A stretch of DNA of 64,000 nt from Eledone cirrhosa (GCA_964016885.1 OZ024741.1:393762001-393826000), one strand, 5' to 3'; numbered from the stretch's first letter, positions 39,429-53,694 are shown. Program-made: numbers and translations. Notes: generated by a model not told the origin, from the letters alone.

Positions 39429-41479
39429 CTTTTCACAGAAAGCTGTAGCGGAGCTACTTGCATGGCGTGTATCAATAATGTATCCATGCGTGATTTGGCT
39501 AAAGTCAGACCAATCGTAAGCCACGTATGGATATATATTAACTTCCGCCTCCTTCGGCCCAGCGCCTTTCTTTACTTCTTAAAATTCTTAATTTTGTTGG
39601 TTCTTTTCTTTGACTTGTCAACCCAGCTTAACTTTTGTAATCGGTTGTAAATAAAACTTGTAAAATATTATAGTCTCGTAATATTTTCTACAAAACCTAC
39701 AACCGAACAACTACTACTTCAACAAACATTCACTTTACGGCTAACTTTGTCTCTCTCTCATTTAACAAACGTTACGTTTCTCACTATAACAAATAACAAC
39801 AATAACTTTATTCTTTCTTATTAGTATTATGCTAACACGCCATAATATTTTTTTTCTGCTAAAAAGCTTTTAGGAAGTGAAAATAGTGATATATTGCTTT
39901 ATAGCCCACCCGGTTTCAAACAAGCCTATAATTTTCTTACTTTTGGTGAAGAACTCCGACAGACAATAAAAACAAAATTAACAGGCTATGAAAACAATTT
40001 TAGGTTTGAGATAATCCCTTTGTTTACTGAGAGCGTTCTAATGAGTCTATATACAGCCACAATAATTGGAAAAAAATACACTATCACTCCTCTATTTTAT
40101 TTCCACTCTCTTTTTCTGGCACTTTGCTCTCTTTAACTATCTGTCTATTTACATACGATTCTCCAGTGTGCTGGTTGATGAATCCGAGGTTACATTTGAA
40201 AACATATATATAGTGAGAGGGAGAGAGAAAGAGAAAGAATTAACATGAGTTGAAGGGGGGAATTTACATACTGGTCAAACACACACACACACCTATATAT
40301 GCATATACACACACAGGCACATATATACACACAGACACATATATACACACACATACAAATAAACGAGTAAACGTTGTCTGCTGAATGTTTGTACTAAGTT
40401 TAGGTTTCCTTTTTGCACTTTCTTCGTTCTTTGTGATGAATGTATTATACGCAGTATATGAAAAAATATATTTCATTTCTCAATTTCTTTTCTTTCCTTT
40501 TTTTTCTCAGTTCGCTGCTTTCTTTTGATACTATGTTTTCCCTATCTGCTGGGTAATAGATAAAATTGACGTGTTGTCACGTTTATATGTTAGTTTGTTT
40601 CATAAAAATCAACTACACAGGGCTGGAATGCATAATGGTGCATTATATGTAATAATGCATCAAGTATGTCTTGCCAAATCCGTTGTCTATATATTACGTA
40701 AAATAATGATTTGTCCTATTGGCACTTAGTTACAATATTTCTTTTGAATGATTATTGTTGGTGTAATCTTTTATTTTATCAACCCTGGCAAGATTGAAAC
40801 TTGGAACATTGGTTTTAGTTTGAGTTAAAGTCTGCCCCAAGTCCAGGTGTTCAGTAAAATGAACTGTTCAATGTACAATCTGTTAAAGAATCGAACCCTC
40901 CACACTACTTTAGCTGGTAAGAAGTGTTATAGTTAGTAGCGCCACGAGTAATCAGTTTGGTAGAAAGATGTGTTTATATTATATCGACAAACGAGTAACG
41001 TGATAATAACGTCAACAAGAAGAATGTTAGTGAGATGAAATTGTATGTTTATTTGTTGTAGCACAAAGTAATGTTTGTTAATTTGTATGGTTGAAGATAA
41101 ACAAAAAGGTTACAAAAGGAATGTGCCAGGCCAAAGTGCAAATCTCACCGTTACATATTGTTCGTGTCGTTCCTTCGGAGTTCAAGCAGCAAGAGACCAA
41201 GTGGTCTTTACATTACCACGTCCAGGTTGCGAGAGAGATTTCTCAAATTCAAGCGGGAATTTCTCTCTCAGGGCGCGTAGGGATACATTCTCTTCTACTG
41301 GCGCTGATTGGCTGAGCTGAGCCAAATCACACACAGAGAGTGTATATGAGCCCGCGGAATGTAGGTCACTACACTACGATCCTGAGTCCAACAGGTTAAT
41401 TACAATGTAACAGTAGATTCCATAATAATTATTGTTATGCGAGGATAATTTCTGCAAGTCATTTATTATTTGTTATCTA

Positions 41480-42040
41480 TCTATATAATACTAAAAGTCT
41501 GTGATTGCTTGCTTGTCTGTAATATAATACAACCAAAAGGGCTCATAATGGGAAAATACTTTGAAAGGAAGTTAGTTGCCCCTAAAATGGGAATACAAAT
41601 GGAATAATACATGTTTCGCGTAATTCGGACCACGGATTCCCGAGATATGGGATTTTTCCAGGTACCTTCATAAACAAAGAGAGAGAAAGATAGAGAGGAA
41701 GAGATAGTGGTTGTGACAGAGTAGATTGATAGAAAGACAGAGAGGAGACAGAGAAAGAAAATGCAAGAGAGCTGGTGTTGTTGTGTATATACAGTATATA
41801 TATATGTGTGTGTGTGTATGACCAGTGTATATTGATCACAGACACCCATATATATATACACACACATACATATATATATGTATACACACCCACACACATT
41901 TATATATATATACATACACACACGTATATATATATGGGCCTTCCAGTTTCATTTCACATTATATACATGTCTATGTATATTTTAATTATTTAAAAATTAT
42001 TTTGTAGGGAACGTGACCCAACGGGTCCCGTGTGGTCTAG
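41480..42040 (+). mobile_element. Complete non-autonomous Helitron
   Basis: A|TCTATATAATACTAAAAGTCTGTG 5' end; GACCCAACGGGTC hairpin followed by CTAG|T at 42037-42041; no TSD. Confidence 0.8.
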
Positions 42041-42057
42041 TTATGAATAAATATCTC

Positions 42058-42830
42058 TAAGGGCAGTAGATTGGTAGTATTGGTAGAGCGTCAGACACTA
42101 TGCTTTGCGGCATAGAGTTATGTCCCTTTACGTTCTGAATTCAAATCCCACCTAGGTTAGCTTTACCTTTCATTCTTATGGAGTCGATAAAATAAAGCAC
42201 CAGTAATGCACTGGGGTCGATTTAACTGCTCCCCCCCCCCCCCCAAAAAAAAATTACTGGCATTGTGCCTAAATCAGAAAGCATTACTAAGGGCGGTGGG
42301 TTGGCAGTATCGGTAGAGAGTCGGACGCCATGCTTTCTATCATAATTACGTCCCTTTACAGTCTGAGTTCAAATCCCGCCGAGGTTAACTTTGCCTTTCA
42401 TCCTTACGGGGTCGATAAAATAAAGTACCAGTAATGTACTGAGTAATTGCTGGCCTTGTGCCTCAAGTAGAAACAATTATTGTTATTACTATCTGGATAA
42501 AGATGGTGGATTGGCTTTATCTGTAGAGCATCGAACATGATTTGCAGCATATAGTTTCTGGGTTCAAATCCAGCCATGGTTAGCTTTGCTTTTCATCGTC
42601 ACGGCCAATAAAATAAAGTACGGCGTCAGTAGAGCATCGGACAAAATGCCTAGTGGTATTTAGTAACGACTTTCTATGTTCTGAGTTCAGATCCCACCGA
42701 GGTCACCATTGCCTTTCATCTTTCCGGTGTCAATAAAATATAGTACCAGTTTCGTATTAGGGTCGATATAGTCAACTTTCTACTTTCTCCAAATTACTGG
42801 CGTCAAGCCAATGCTAGAAAGAATTATTGC
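42058..42830 (+). mobile_element. Tandem array of about four SINEs
   Basis: Copies at about 42060-42285, 42290-42480, 42505-42620 and 42625-42830. Confidence 0.8.
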
Positions 42831-45008
42831 TTTCTGGATATCCAGGCTTTTTGTAATGCCAATACATTGGAAATTGTAATTTTAACCACTTGCTAGATTT
42901 ATTTGTTTGTGGTTTATGAGGCCAGATTAAAGCAACTTGGTGGCCTGAACATTTGCATCCCTAGTGTCACAAAAAAAATTAATGGAAATTCAAAGTACAC
43001 AAATGTAAACCTATACATAGAATGATACTGAGATTCCAGTATTAGCCATGCCGACCTCAAAGACAGAGATGAAATACGAAGAAAAGGAAAGGTATTAAAT
43101 AAAAATTATAATATTCTAAATGCTGATAAAAGTGTTTTCATAGTTTGAATAAATATTTTTCAACAGGACGTGGCCCTCTGGACTATGAGGCCCTGTGTTA
43201 TAGCTCACTTAGTGGGTACTCATCAGGTACTCTTGGTCTAAATCAAAACATGGTCGTAGATTTTACTTAACTGAAGTTTAACAATATTCTGTTGGACAAA
43301 ACACCAAGTATAAGTATTAATTTTTAAAATGACATTTTTAGTCTTTTGTGTTCTTATTTTTTTTTCCTTTAGTAAACTTTTCCATTTTCTTTTTCTTTTT
43401 ATCAAGTAATTTAGTTTTTATTTCTCCATCATTTTAATATATTTTCTAGTTTCGATATGTCTTCTTTTCGATATGTCTTCTTTTAATGATGAGAGTCAAT
43501 TATCTTTATTTGACGGTGAGGATTCCACATGCTTTCATTGCTCGAGTACCGAATGTGTAGAAAACGTTTTATTTTTGTGAAACTTGTAGGTAGTTTTTAC
43601 GAAGTTCTTTACATGTACACTTATTACCAAACATACACTTATACTCTCACCGTCACACATTGCCAGACTTGCAATTTATGATTTATGCTCACACATACAT
43701 ACATAGGTAAGTAGGTAGGTTGGTAGGTAGGTAGCAGAAGTGCTGGAGATTTATGTGTCATAAAAGGATCAGGAACTTCGAGTCCGGTTGTATCCATAGG
43801 CTACAAAAAGCAAGAGGAAAGAAAAAAGTATTTTCAAACATACCAGTAACATTATCCAGTAAACTTCACCATTGAACGATATGTGGACTTGCTTGCAAAT
43901 CCTTGGCAGGTCTAAATTGTCACGCCCGATATAAACATCAAAACTGAATCGACAGGAGAGGCCATCATATGCGTGTATACATATATGTGTGTGTGTATAA
44001 ATATATGTATGTATATATATATATTTATATATATATGTGTGTGTGTGTGTGTTTATTTCAGGTCGTTTTTCAGCGCTCCTGGTAACATTTAACCCAGTAC
44101 AACCTGTGCATAGTCGGACCGTCGGCGACTAAACCGGGAGGAGGGTGATTTTGGACACCATGTTGGATGTAAAACAAAAGCCGTCAAAGGGGAGGGGCCA
44201 GTGGAGTGAGAGACCCCTAGTCTTCATTAAGACTGGGAGAAGGTCACTCTGATGTAAAATATGCGATTCTATTTGCATCCAATGATGTAGACCAGTTCTA
44301 CTTTTTTGGTAAATGTATTTGATGTTCAGAGAGTGGGATTGGCTCCGTGCAAAGCCTTTCCGCACTTAAAAAGTGTCAATCACAGACTTGATATCTCACA
44401 TCTTAAGTATCAAGCGATAGCATTATTCGAAATCGAATTGCAATCATCACATGTGTGTGTGAGTGTTCCATATCTCATTTTTAATTAGAAACTGGAATCA
44501 TACATAATCAAACATTGTAAGATATTAATAAGATAGGTGTAAGGATATAAATGTATGGGTTCTAGAAAATAGGGTCACTAGGGTCATTAAATACCGGAAG
44601 TATTGGAGCTGATATGATTGACTAAACCTATGAAGGTGGTGCCCCAGCATGGCCCCAGTACAATGAATTAAACCAGTAGAAGAGAAAGATATTTGAATGT
44701 AAATTTACAATCTGCAAAGACTATTTTGGGGTTAAACTGATATGTTGGCTTTCATCCCTTCTTTTTTTCTACAAAACCTCTTCATGGCTCACCTGCTCAC
44801 TCAGAATGGTTATAAAGAATGTACGCGTCATTTAATGAGCATGTGGTACAGCTACAATGAATTGTGCTTTCTCTTATCACGTGCATTCATTAACCTGGGA
44901 TTGTTACTCATAAACACACTTCAAAACTACATACGTACAAATAGGTTAAATGGTGTTCTACACAATCCTATTTCAATCAAATTCATACTTTTCATGTTTT
45001 ATATTAAA

Positions 45009-48000
45009 CTAGCAGAGGTTGCCCGGGAATGAAATTGTTCCTTATATATTAGAAGAAAAAAATCAAAATATGTTGTATAGAAATGTGTTATTCTAAATTC
45101 AATTTATTCTTCAATTAGGATACAGGATGAAATCAATTCTGAATTCACAATACAAAAATAAATAAATAAATATATAAATAATAATTGTTTCTACTTTTGG
45201 CACAAGGCCAGCAATTATCCCAGTGTATTACTGGTACTTTATTTTATCGACCCCGTAAGGATGAAAGGCAAAGTTAACCTCGGCGGGATTTGAACTCAGA
45301 ATGGCAAGGGCCGTAACTCTATGCATCAAAGCATGGCGTCCAACCCTCTACCGATACTGCCAATTCACCACCCTATATATATAAATAATAATTAAAAAAA
45401 TACGAAAATACAAAATTTACCACTTTTATGAAGGGAGATAACTTCTATCACATGTTGAAGGAAATTACGTAAGAGCTTCTGGGTAAACAACATTCTTTGT
45501 TTTCTGAGCCAGACTTGCAAATCTTTGCCTCCCATGGCCAAAACTTGGCCCTTAGTTTCAATCAGTGCTTAGTTAAAAGTTTTTTTCAGAGAACTGAATA
45601 TTGATATCCGGGTTTGCCTGTTGAACTGCATATTTTAAGTCCCCAGCCATGTCCTCACGATGTTTCATCCAAAGTTATAGGGGACTGCCAAGTTGACACA
45701 TGTTCAGCATGATTACAAAGGTTACGGAGTTTCCTTGAAGAATCTAACACTGATGTTTCAGTCAATGCAAGGACCCAATGCTCATCATTTTCTAAAAAAA
45801 CCCTTGTTGATAGCATGCTTCCCTATAAGTTTCACACACATGACCATTTACCCTCCTCAAATCTTGGAATGATTTGGGACCATGTACTTCATGCAAAAGG
45901 AGCCGTAAGTAGTAGTATTCTGCTTGGCTTGGGTGGACACTGTAAACTCTTGCAACAGCGTCAGTCCCACGTTTCCTCTTGTGCCATTTATTGTTTCTCC
46001 AGGTGTAATACTTGTGTAAATTCTAGGTAAAGGAGTTTTCTTGCATCTTCATCTTCTTGACACAACTTAAAAAAGGCAATAAGGGTAGTTTCTTTTGGAG
46101 AAAGTGCTTGTTGCAAGGCTGTTTGTTTTGTAAAGATAACCCTTTGGCCATTCTTTAGGTGGACACTCAGATGAATGATGGCTGAGTGTCTCTCATGAAT
46201 GGGAAAATTGAAGATGCGCCAAAAAGCCTTATTGTTACTGATGTATCTTCCTCTCTCATACTGTGTAACTTGGTCAATTTTATTTATCTGCTACTATTCC
46301 GCATAAGAGTGTATGATGCAGCATCTAAACCTTTCTTTATATATTTGCAAACATACTTAATAGACTTAACAGAGCTGCAGAATTCAACATTGATATGGGC
46401 TTTGAAAGTTTTTGTAAGAAAAGGACAATTCTTGCCCATTTCTGTTTTTTTTTTTTTTTTTCGAAGCGAATCCACCATGCCCAGATTTTCTTCTCCTGTA
46501 AAGGGGGTAGCCACCTTCTCCAGTTTGGGTTTCTTGTACAAAGGGACGTGGATATCTCTTGGTACACTTATTATCCCCCATGCATGGGGAGGATGGATTA
46601 ATTGAAACACAGGGCCCATGAATCATCTGGGACTTGACAATTTCATGCAGAAAAGGATATTGCTGTGGATCAGGCAGTTCAACTGCGATAAATAAATCAA
46701 TATCATTTGGCCAAAGTTTTTCATATAACCAAATCAAAATGTGGCTATGTGGCAATCCTCGGTTTTGCTATTCAATTGTGAACGTGTTACATTTGACTGG
46801 TCCAAAGACTTCACATTTTTTAGGACATCCATCAGCTTTATGACTTTAAGTCTGAACAACTTAGCTATAATATCATGGTGATCTTTGTGTTCTTGATGAT
46901 GATGAAGTTCACTCGTTATTTCATGTCATGTTGGGTTACATGTGAATGTAATGAAGAGGTCTGACGACCATAGTGTCTGACATGTAAGTGCATCTTGGGT
47001 AGGCTCATGCATATACCGTGGACTTCCTGTAAAGCTTGATGGAAGAATAACACAAAGCTGTCCAATGTTATCAGCAGCTAGTGCTCCTTCATTAATGATT
47101 GCATCTCTCAGGTGAATGTAGTGTGATGCACGGAGATCTTTCTGATGTGTTCTAATGTAAAGAAGCCTTTCTCCCTCAATTTTTGCATACATATCAATGC
47201 AAATTGCTGGAAGAGCTCAGGAGGTGATGAAGAAAATAAAAATCTTGCTCTCTTAATATGAAAAGGTAAGCATAGAATTGTATGCAGCTTACTGTTTTTG
47301 TCAGTGCAGGAAATCTTGTTTTAAGATCTGGTTTGGGGTTTTTTTTAAAATACGAAAGTGATATCCATCTTGGCCAAATATACATACGAATGGATACTGG
47401 ATCGGTAGGTGGCATTTATCTGCTGCATCTTATTTTCTCTTCTTTGAATAATTTGCAAATTCTAATACACACTTGAAGCTTCTAATACAGCTATTGGTTG
47501 CATGCAATGTATCTTGAAGATCAAAGATTAACCCTTCTTTCAAATTTGGAAGGCTAAATGACCGTTACAAAGCCTGCTCCTTGTAATTTGCCACAAAATA
47601 TAGCTGTAAAAACTGAGGATTTTTGCCTTCAGTTGATAACAAAGATCCAATACGATGGTATACTTGACCTTGAACTTTAAAAGTTGGCTTCATGTTCCCT
47701 TCTCTCATAATATTGCTACGAAAGAAGGTCATTTGGAAAGCAGAATTATAATTCCTAATGTTTTCAAGTAGTGAATGCTCCTTGGTGTGTTTCCCAAAAA
47801 CAATGCCTTCAAAGTATCTGGGGGTGTACCAAACGTCAGTCAAACAACCCTTCCTCAACCACAACACAATAATAAAATTGTACACTTTTGACATTGCTCC
47901 AATATCAATCAATTTCTCTGTAGAATAATCATGTTTTACATCATAGTTGAAAGCTGATATTTTTCAGGTCCCCTTGAAAGGTGCAACTCCTTTGTCAAAC

Positions 48001-48480
48001 GTATTCAGCTTATCTTGATCAAGATGCTTACGTCTTTCCTCTGAGGATTGGCGAAGTTGCAAGGCTGTTTGTTTTGTGAATTCAAAAAACTGTTTGCTCC
48101 TGGCTTTTTCTTTGTCTAGTCTCTCGATGATCTATTGTCTCATTGGCAAATCTGGCAGCTTGTCTTTGTCATGCATCCTTTAAGCGTTTTCCTCTTTCCT
48201 TTTTTTGACTCTTGGCTCCTGTGGATTGCATTTTGTTGACATAATTGTTCTAATGGTTTTTCGCTTACCACTTGAGTCTCATTGGCCCAGCGTCTAGCAG
48301 CTCTCCTCCGGTTGTTTTCATGTCTTTGCCCTCGTTGTGCAGGGTTCTCTAGTGACCTTGCTCTGACTACTTGTGCTCGTCTTTGCTTCATTGCATCTAC
48401 ATCTACCCCGTCTCCTCTTGCAGAGTGAGAACATTTTTCTCGGAAACATTTTTGAAAATTAAAATCTGGATTAAATGAAA
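45009..48480 (-). mobile_element. Helitron 2: Rep domain retained, helicase almost entirely deleted
   Basis: FKVQGQVYHRIG, VILPSSFTGSPRYM, DLFITFTCNP, GLPHSH, MIHGPC, HINVEFC, KYVCKY; helicase tail KNVVYPEALT; 3' end CCCGGGCAACCTCTG-CTAG|T at 45009. Confidence 0.9.
45181..45372 (-). mobile_element. SINE inserted in the 3' region of Helitron 2
   Basis: Reverse complement of the main SINE. Confidence 0.85.
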
Positions 48481-48628
48481 AAATGAGTGAAAGTTACGTG
48501 AATATCTTCACAAGTGTGATTGAAATAAATGGCGATTGTGGAACGCCGTACACACGTGCGCAAACGCGCGTGTGCACGTACACACACGCATACACTCACA
48601 CATGTTGATAGTTTTTACTGTTGAACGC

Positions 48629-48683
<55 letters not shown>

Positions 48684-48812
48684 GCACACACACACATACA
48701 CGCACACACAGGCACGCACGCGTGCACGTACACACGCACACATGTTAATAGTTATTGCTTTCCTTCCCCTCTTATTTCCACACACATCACACACACAGTA
48801 TCCAACACAGCA

Positions 48813-48845
<33 letters not shown>

Positions 48846-49584
48846 CCGCTATTCCCCTCTTTTTGTGTCGGCTTTCTTTCAACTTTTATTGAACATACAG
48901 TACCAAACACACAACGTCTCTCTTTCTCTCTCCCTCTACACCCCTCTCTTTCAACTTCTTCTATAGAAACTTGTTCTCTATCTGTGTTTCTTTCTCTCTG
49001 TATTTTTCTCATTCTGTGTTTCTCTCGATCACACCCTCTGTAACACTTCCTCTATTTTTAACTGTATTTTTCTTTCACTCTCTCTCTCACTCACACTATT
49101 TACATTTCTTCCCTCTATCAAAAAACGTTGTGACGAATGAGGAGATGGAGGAGGAGAAGTAAAGAACCACTTTCTCACTTTGCCTCTCCATTCCTTTCTC
49201 ACTTCTCTCACTCCCTCATTGGCATTATGCACAAACATACAAATACACAGACATATGCTAATATATATATATGTGTGTATGTGTATGGACCAGCGTTCGT
49301 TGCCATTCCTCCCTCTCTCTATCTTTCTATCTATCCCAATATCTAACACTTTAATTGTATCTCTGTATAACGGCCTATCTCTGTCTCTCTTTAGATGTGT
49401 GCGTGTGTGTGTGTAAACCAGCATTCGTTGACACTCTCTCTCTCTGTCTCTCTTTAGATGTGTGTGTGTGTGTAATTTTCGTGTGATTAAAGCAGCCAAC
49501 CAGCCTCCCCTCTCCCTCCCTCATTGGCATTATGCACAGACATGCAAATACACAGACATCTGCTAATATATATATATAGATGTG

Positions 49585-50403
49585 GGCATAGGTAAAATAT
49601 AACGTCCGGGAAAGTGAAACTAATTTTTATGACAAGTAAATGTGTTTGTTTTTTAGTATTGCGTGTGTGATTATTTTTTCTTTTTCTTTTTTTGTGTATT
49701 GTGTGTACGGAAAATTATACTTACCTTATCAACATCCTTATTAGACCGTATAAATAGCTGAAATACAGTTGATCATCTCGCCAAATTTGTTGGCACCAAC
49801 TCTCTGCCGCCAAAGAAATTCAGCTAAATACGAGGGGAATAAATCGTCGCTTGTCCCATGTTGTCGACGGAGCTTTTTCTTCGCACGGCTCCAAGTGTTC
49901 TCTCGTGAAACTCTTGTCCCCATTATACAGGAATGGATTTTGCCAGGAAGCCACATCATGTCCGATGGTTGGGCTTCCTATTCTGATATTGAGGAAATTC
50001 AAGGTGGCATTTACCTCCATGATGTTGTTGTGCACCAACGGAACTTTGTCGATCCTGAAGACCCTAATGTGCACACACAACTCATAGAGAACACTTGGAG
50101 CCGTGCGAAGAAAAAGCTCCGTCGACAACATGGGACAAGCGACGATTTATTCCCCTCGTATTTAGCTGAATTTCTTTGGCGGCAGAGAGTTGGTGCCAAC
50201 AAATTTGGCGAGATGATCAACTGTATTTCAGCTATTTATACGGTCTAATAAGGATGTTGATAAGGTAAGTATAATTTTCCGTACACACAATACACAAAAA
50301 AGAAAAAGAAAAAATAATCACACACGCAATACTAAAAAACAAACACATTCACTTGTCATAAAAATTAGTTTCACTTTCCCGGACGTTATATTTTACCTAT
50401 GCC
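49585..50403. mobile_element. Merlin/IS1595 (ISXO2-like DDE) transposon-derived fold-back element with a 9-bp TSD
   Basis: Arms 49585-49903 and 50086-50403 start GGCATAGG; TSD ATAGATGTG at 49576-49584 and 50404-50412; C-terminal transposase LPGSHIMSDGWASY..H..NFVDP..VHTQLIENTWS..YLAEFLWR. Confidence 0.92.
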
Positions 50404-50646
50404 ATAGATGTGTGTGTGTGTATGTGTGCGTGTGTGTGTGTAAACCAGCATTCGTTGTCACTCTCCCTCTCTGCTTCTCTCTCTCTAGATGTGTGTGTGT
50501 TTAATTTTTGTGTGATTAAAGCAACCAACCAACCAACCAAGAAAGATCTCCCTTTTATATTATATATAGATTTACAATATTTTTCAAGAAGTATGTATTT
50601 TCGATTATCATCAGTTACAGAATATACATACATACACATACGTGTA

Positions 50647-50806
<160 letters not shown>

Positions 50807-51462
50807 TATAGATATACACACTGGTCTAATAATCGAACTTTTGAACACCTTTAGGATAGACCTCTCTCCAGTTTAATGCTACTTAAACATATATCAAGTT
50901 GCGATTTTGTATTGAAATCTACGCTGTGCTTATTGATCGTGTTCTCGGGGTTTATTTTTTAATCAGCTCTCGCTGTGATTTTTTGTGATAGAAACTATAT
51001 TTCACATGAGCATCCGATTTCCGTTTTTGTTGCAAACATGTTCTAATATTCATGACCTGTACTTCTACTTAGATCAACATTTTCTTCTCTTCTTTAAATT
51101 TTATCTTTAATGATCGCCCTATTTCCTTTTTACATCTCAGGAGAAGTACAATGTTGTCAAAACACTAAAGATAAGTTAGGCAGTTCTGTAGGCAATATCT
51201 CAATGAAGTATATTTCTACAATCTTTATCATTCGTTCATCCTATTAGGATGTTCATGAGGTGAAGTTAATGAAGCTAATGAACGAAATGATGATGCATAA
51301 ATTTCTTTGACGTTCACTAATAACACAAAGTAAATGTTGAAACTTCATTGAAACTTTTGAATTCACAACAGTTGCAAGTGTGAGTAAAATGTGGCACTCG
51401 GAAAATTTTGTGGAAGCCCATCGTCTACATATAAAATAAATAAATAAATAAATATATATATT

Positions 51463-51499
<37 letters not shown>

Positions 51500-51550
51500 G
51501 TAGGAAAGGAAAAGGAAAGGAGAGTGCTCTATGCAGGCTACAGAGCTATT

Positions 51551-51728
51551 TAGTTATGTAATAAACAACATAAGACAATTATTCCATTTACCAAAGGTTT
51601 CACGAAGACAGACGAGCTTGACACAGACGTCTGAAATCGTACGAACGATTTCAGACGTCTGTGTCAAACTCGTCTGTCTTCGTGAAACCTTTGGTAAATG
51701 GAATAATTGTCTTATGTTGTTTACTACA

Positions 51729-51734
<6 letters not shown>
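51551..51734. repeat. 184-bp near-perfect palindrome containing the 3' half of a hammerhead motif
   Basis: Loop ACGA at 51641-51644, two mismatches; GAAACCTTTGGTA plus tail homologous to 4969-5020. Confidence 0.92.
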
Positions 51735-51774
<40 letters not shown>

Positions 51775-51777
<3 letters not shown>

Positions 51778-51946
51778 CGAAGGAAATGTGGTAAGGAACC
51801 AGGTGGACCATAACGCACCAAAGTACTCAATACTTAGGGTAGTAGAGTGGGTAATAGGAACGAGTAGGACCCCGACGGCTAATTCAGTCCAGAATTAGCC
51901 GTCGAAACGGCTTGAGCTCAGCCGTCGGGGTCCTACTCGTTCCTAT
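51775..51946. mobile_element. Inverted Penelope-type terminal-repeat pair
   Basis: Outer arms ATAGGAACGAGTAGGACCCCGACGGCT / AGCCGTCGGGGTCCTACTCGTTCCTAT enclose a stem II-like hairpin and GAAACGGC...GCCGTC. Confidence 0.8.
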
Positions 51947-51977
51947 ATATATATATATATATATATACATATATACA

Positions 51978-52026
<49 letters not shown>

Positions 52027-52483
52027 CTCTCTCTATATATATATATTATGTATATATTTATGAGTGTGTGTGTGCGTGCGCGCGTGTACTTATGTAAGTA
52101 TGTTTAAGAAAAGTGTTCCCTCACAAAGGGCATTACAACACAAAAACTATAAATATAGATGAATACAATCGGGCATATAGTCCTTTGATACGGAAAGAAG
52201 TGGAGAGAAATTGCCTGCGAGAACTGCACCAAAGGAGGTTCTGCAGGTTTCCTTTTGTGAATTCAAAAATTTAAATAAAGTTTCTTGTTAGAGAATTTAA
52301 ATAAAGTTTCTTGTTAGAGAACGACAAACTAAAAGTTGCAGACGACAAAGCATTCTAACGTCTTTAATAAGGAAAATACGCATTAGATGTGACCTGATAA
52401 TCATGGCTAGAATGTCTTTTATCATATGTCTTTTTCATCATGGTTGTCCAAACGCTAAACTACAGCAACAATCATGATTATAG

Positions 52484-52542
52484 ATAATTGTTTCTACTTT
52501 AGGCACAAGGCCCGCAATTACCCAGTACATTACTGGTACTTT
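52484..52542 (-). mobile_element. SINE 3' fragment
   Basis: Reverse of the main SINE tail. Confidence 0.7.
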
Positions 52543-53056
52543 ACATCAATCATGATTATAAATAATGTAACCATTAATGATACACTATGTATAACCCTAA
52601 CACAATTCTCATCATCATCATCATCATCATCATCGTCGTCAATCAACTTGCTTTTTCTGCGTTGGTATTATTGTTTATGCGTGGCTGTGTGAGTAAGGCG
52701 TTGGCTTCTTTAACCATCTTCTTTCAGCGGTAGCTAAGAGAAAACAATTGACAATTGTTAATTATTTCGGAGTGTCTTGCTCCTTGTCAAGATTGTGTAT
52801 TCTGTTCGTTAGCTACCCACTGGAACTGCAGAGAATACATAGTATTCTCAAAAGTATACATCAGCTGATAAGCCTCATTTGCATACCGAGCGGCTTTGCC
52901 GACAATTAAACAAATAAAATTTGTTTTCGCTCATAATGGGGTGTATATCTAAATGTATTCGTGAGTGAATGATAATAATAATATAATATTACGATATTTT
53001 TATAATATCATTATTATCCCCCCCCCCCCACACACATATATATATATATACATATA

Positions 53057-53156
53057 TAGGGTGTTCCGAAAAATTTATACATACTTTGATTACCTGTACA
53101 AGCAATATTTATTAAAATGCAGTTGAAGTGTGTATACATTTTTGGTGGATACTCTA
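53057..53156. mobile_element. Tiny Tc1/mariner-type MITE
   Basis: TA-TAGGGTGTTCC...GGATACTCTA-TA imperfect TIRs; related to 5272-5348. Confidence 0.5.
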
Positions 53157-53646
53157 TACATATAGCATTGGGTTGACCAATAGCTACAGAATTTCATACT
53201 CTTTTATTGGTTTCAATCATTGGATATAGTCGATCATATGGACCTAATAATGTTTCTAGGCTGCTACTTATCCATCTCTGTTAATTAAATGGTTAAGTTA
53301 TCTTATTGGCACAAAGGGGCGCAACTCGGCGCCCCGGCTTGCAAGATTATATGCACACGTAAACACATACGCATGGTTACACACGCACATATATATATAT
53401 ATGCGTGTTTGTTTGAGTGTGTGAGAGAGCAAGAGGGAGAGAAAGTGTGTGTTTGAAAGAGAGAGAATGGGAGGGGGAGAGAGAGAGTGTGTGTATGAGT
53501 ACTGTAGTCTCACATGTTAAATACAACGTAGACAGAATCTCCCTTTAAAGTCGTTTAAATATAAAAACAACAGGCAAGGAAGACGGGTAATTTCGACTAT
53601 AGCATCAAAATGTATTTAAAAGTTTAGACAATATAGTAAGAAGTGG

Positions 53647-53694
<48 letters not shown>

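Noticed and set aside
41255-41355. Promoter-like cluster (GCGGGAA, ATTGG, TATA-like); similar motifs at 25530-25740
   Set aside because: Short motifs with no associated gene or transcript evidence
42058-42830. CRISPR-like repeat array
   Set aside because: Units are 120-220-bp SINE copies with no unique spacers or cas genes
49769-50248. 159-aa ORF as a functional transposase or bacterial IS contamination
   Set aside because: Its N-terminal part is antisense arm sequence, the first catalytic region is missing, and it is integrated with a TSD in eukaryotic repeats
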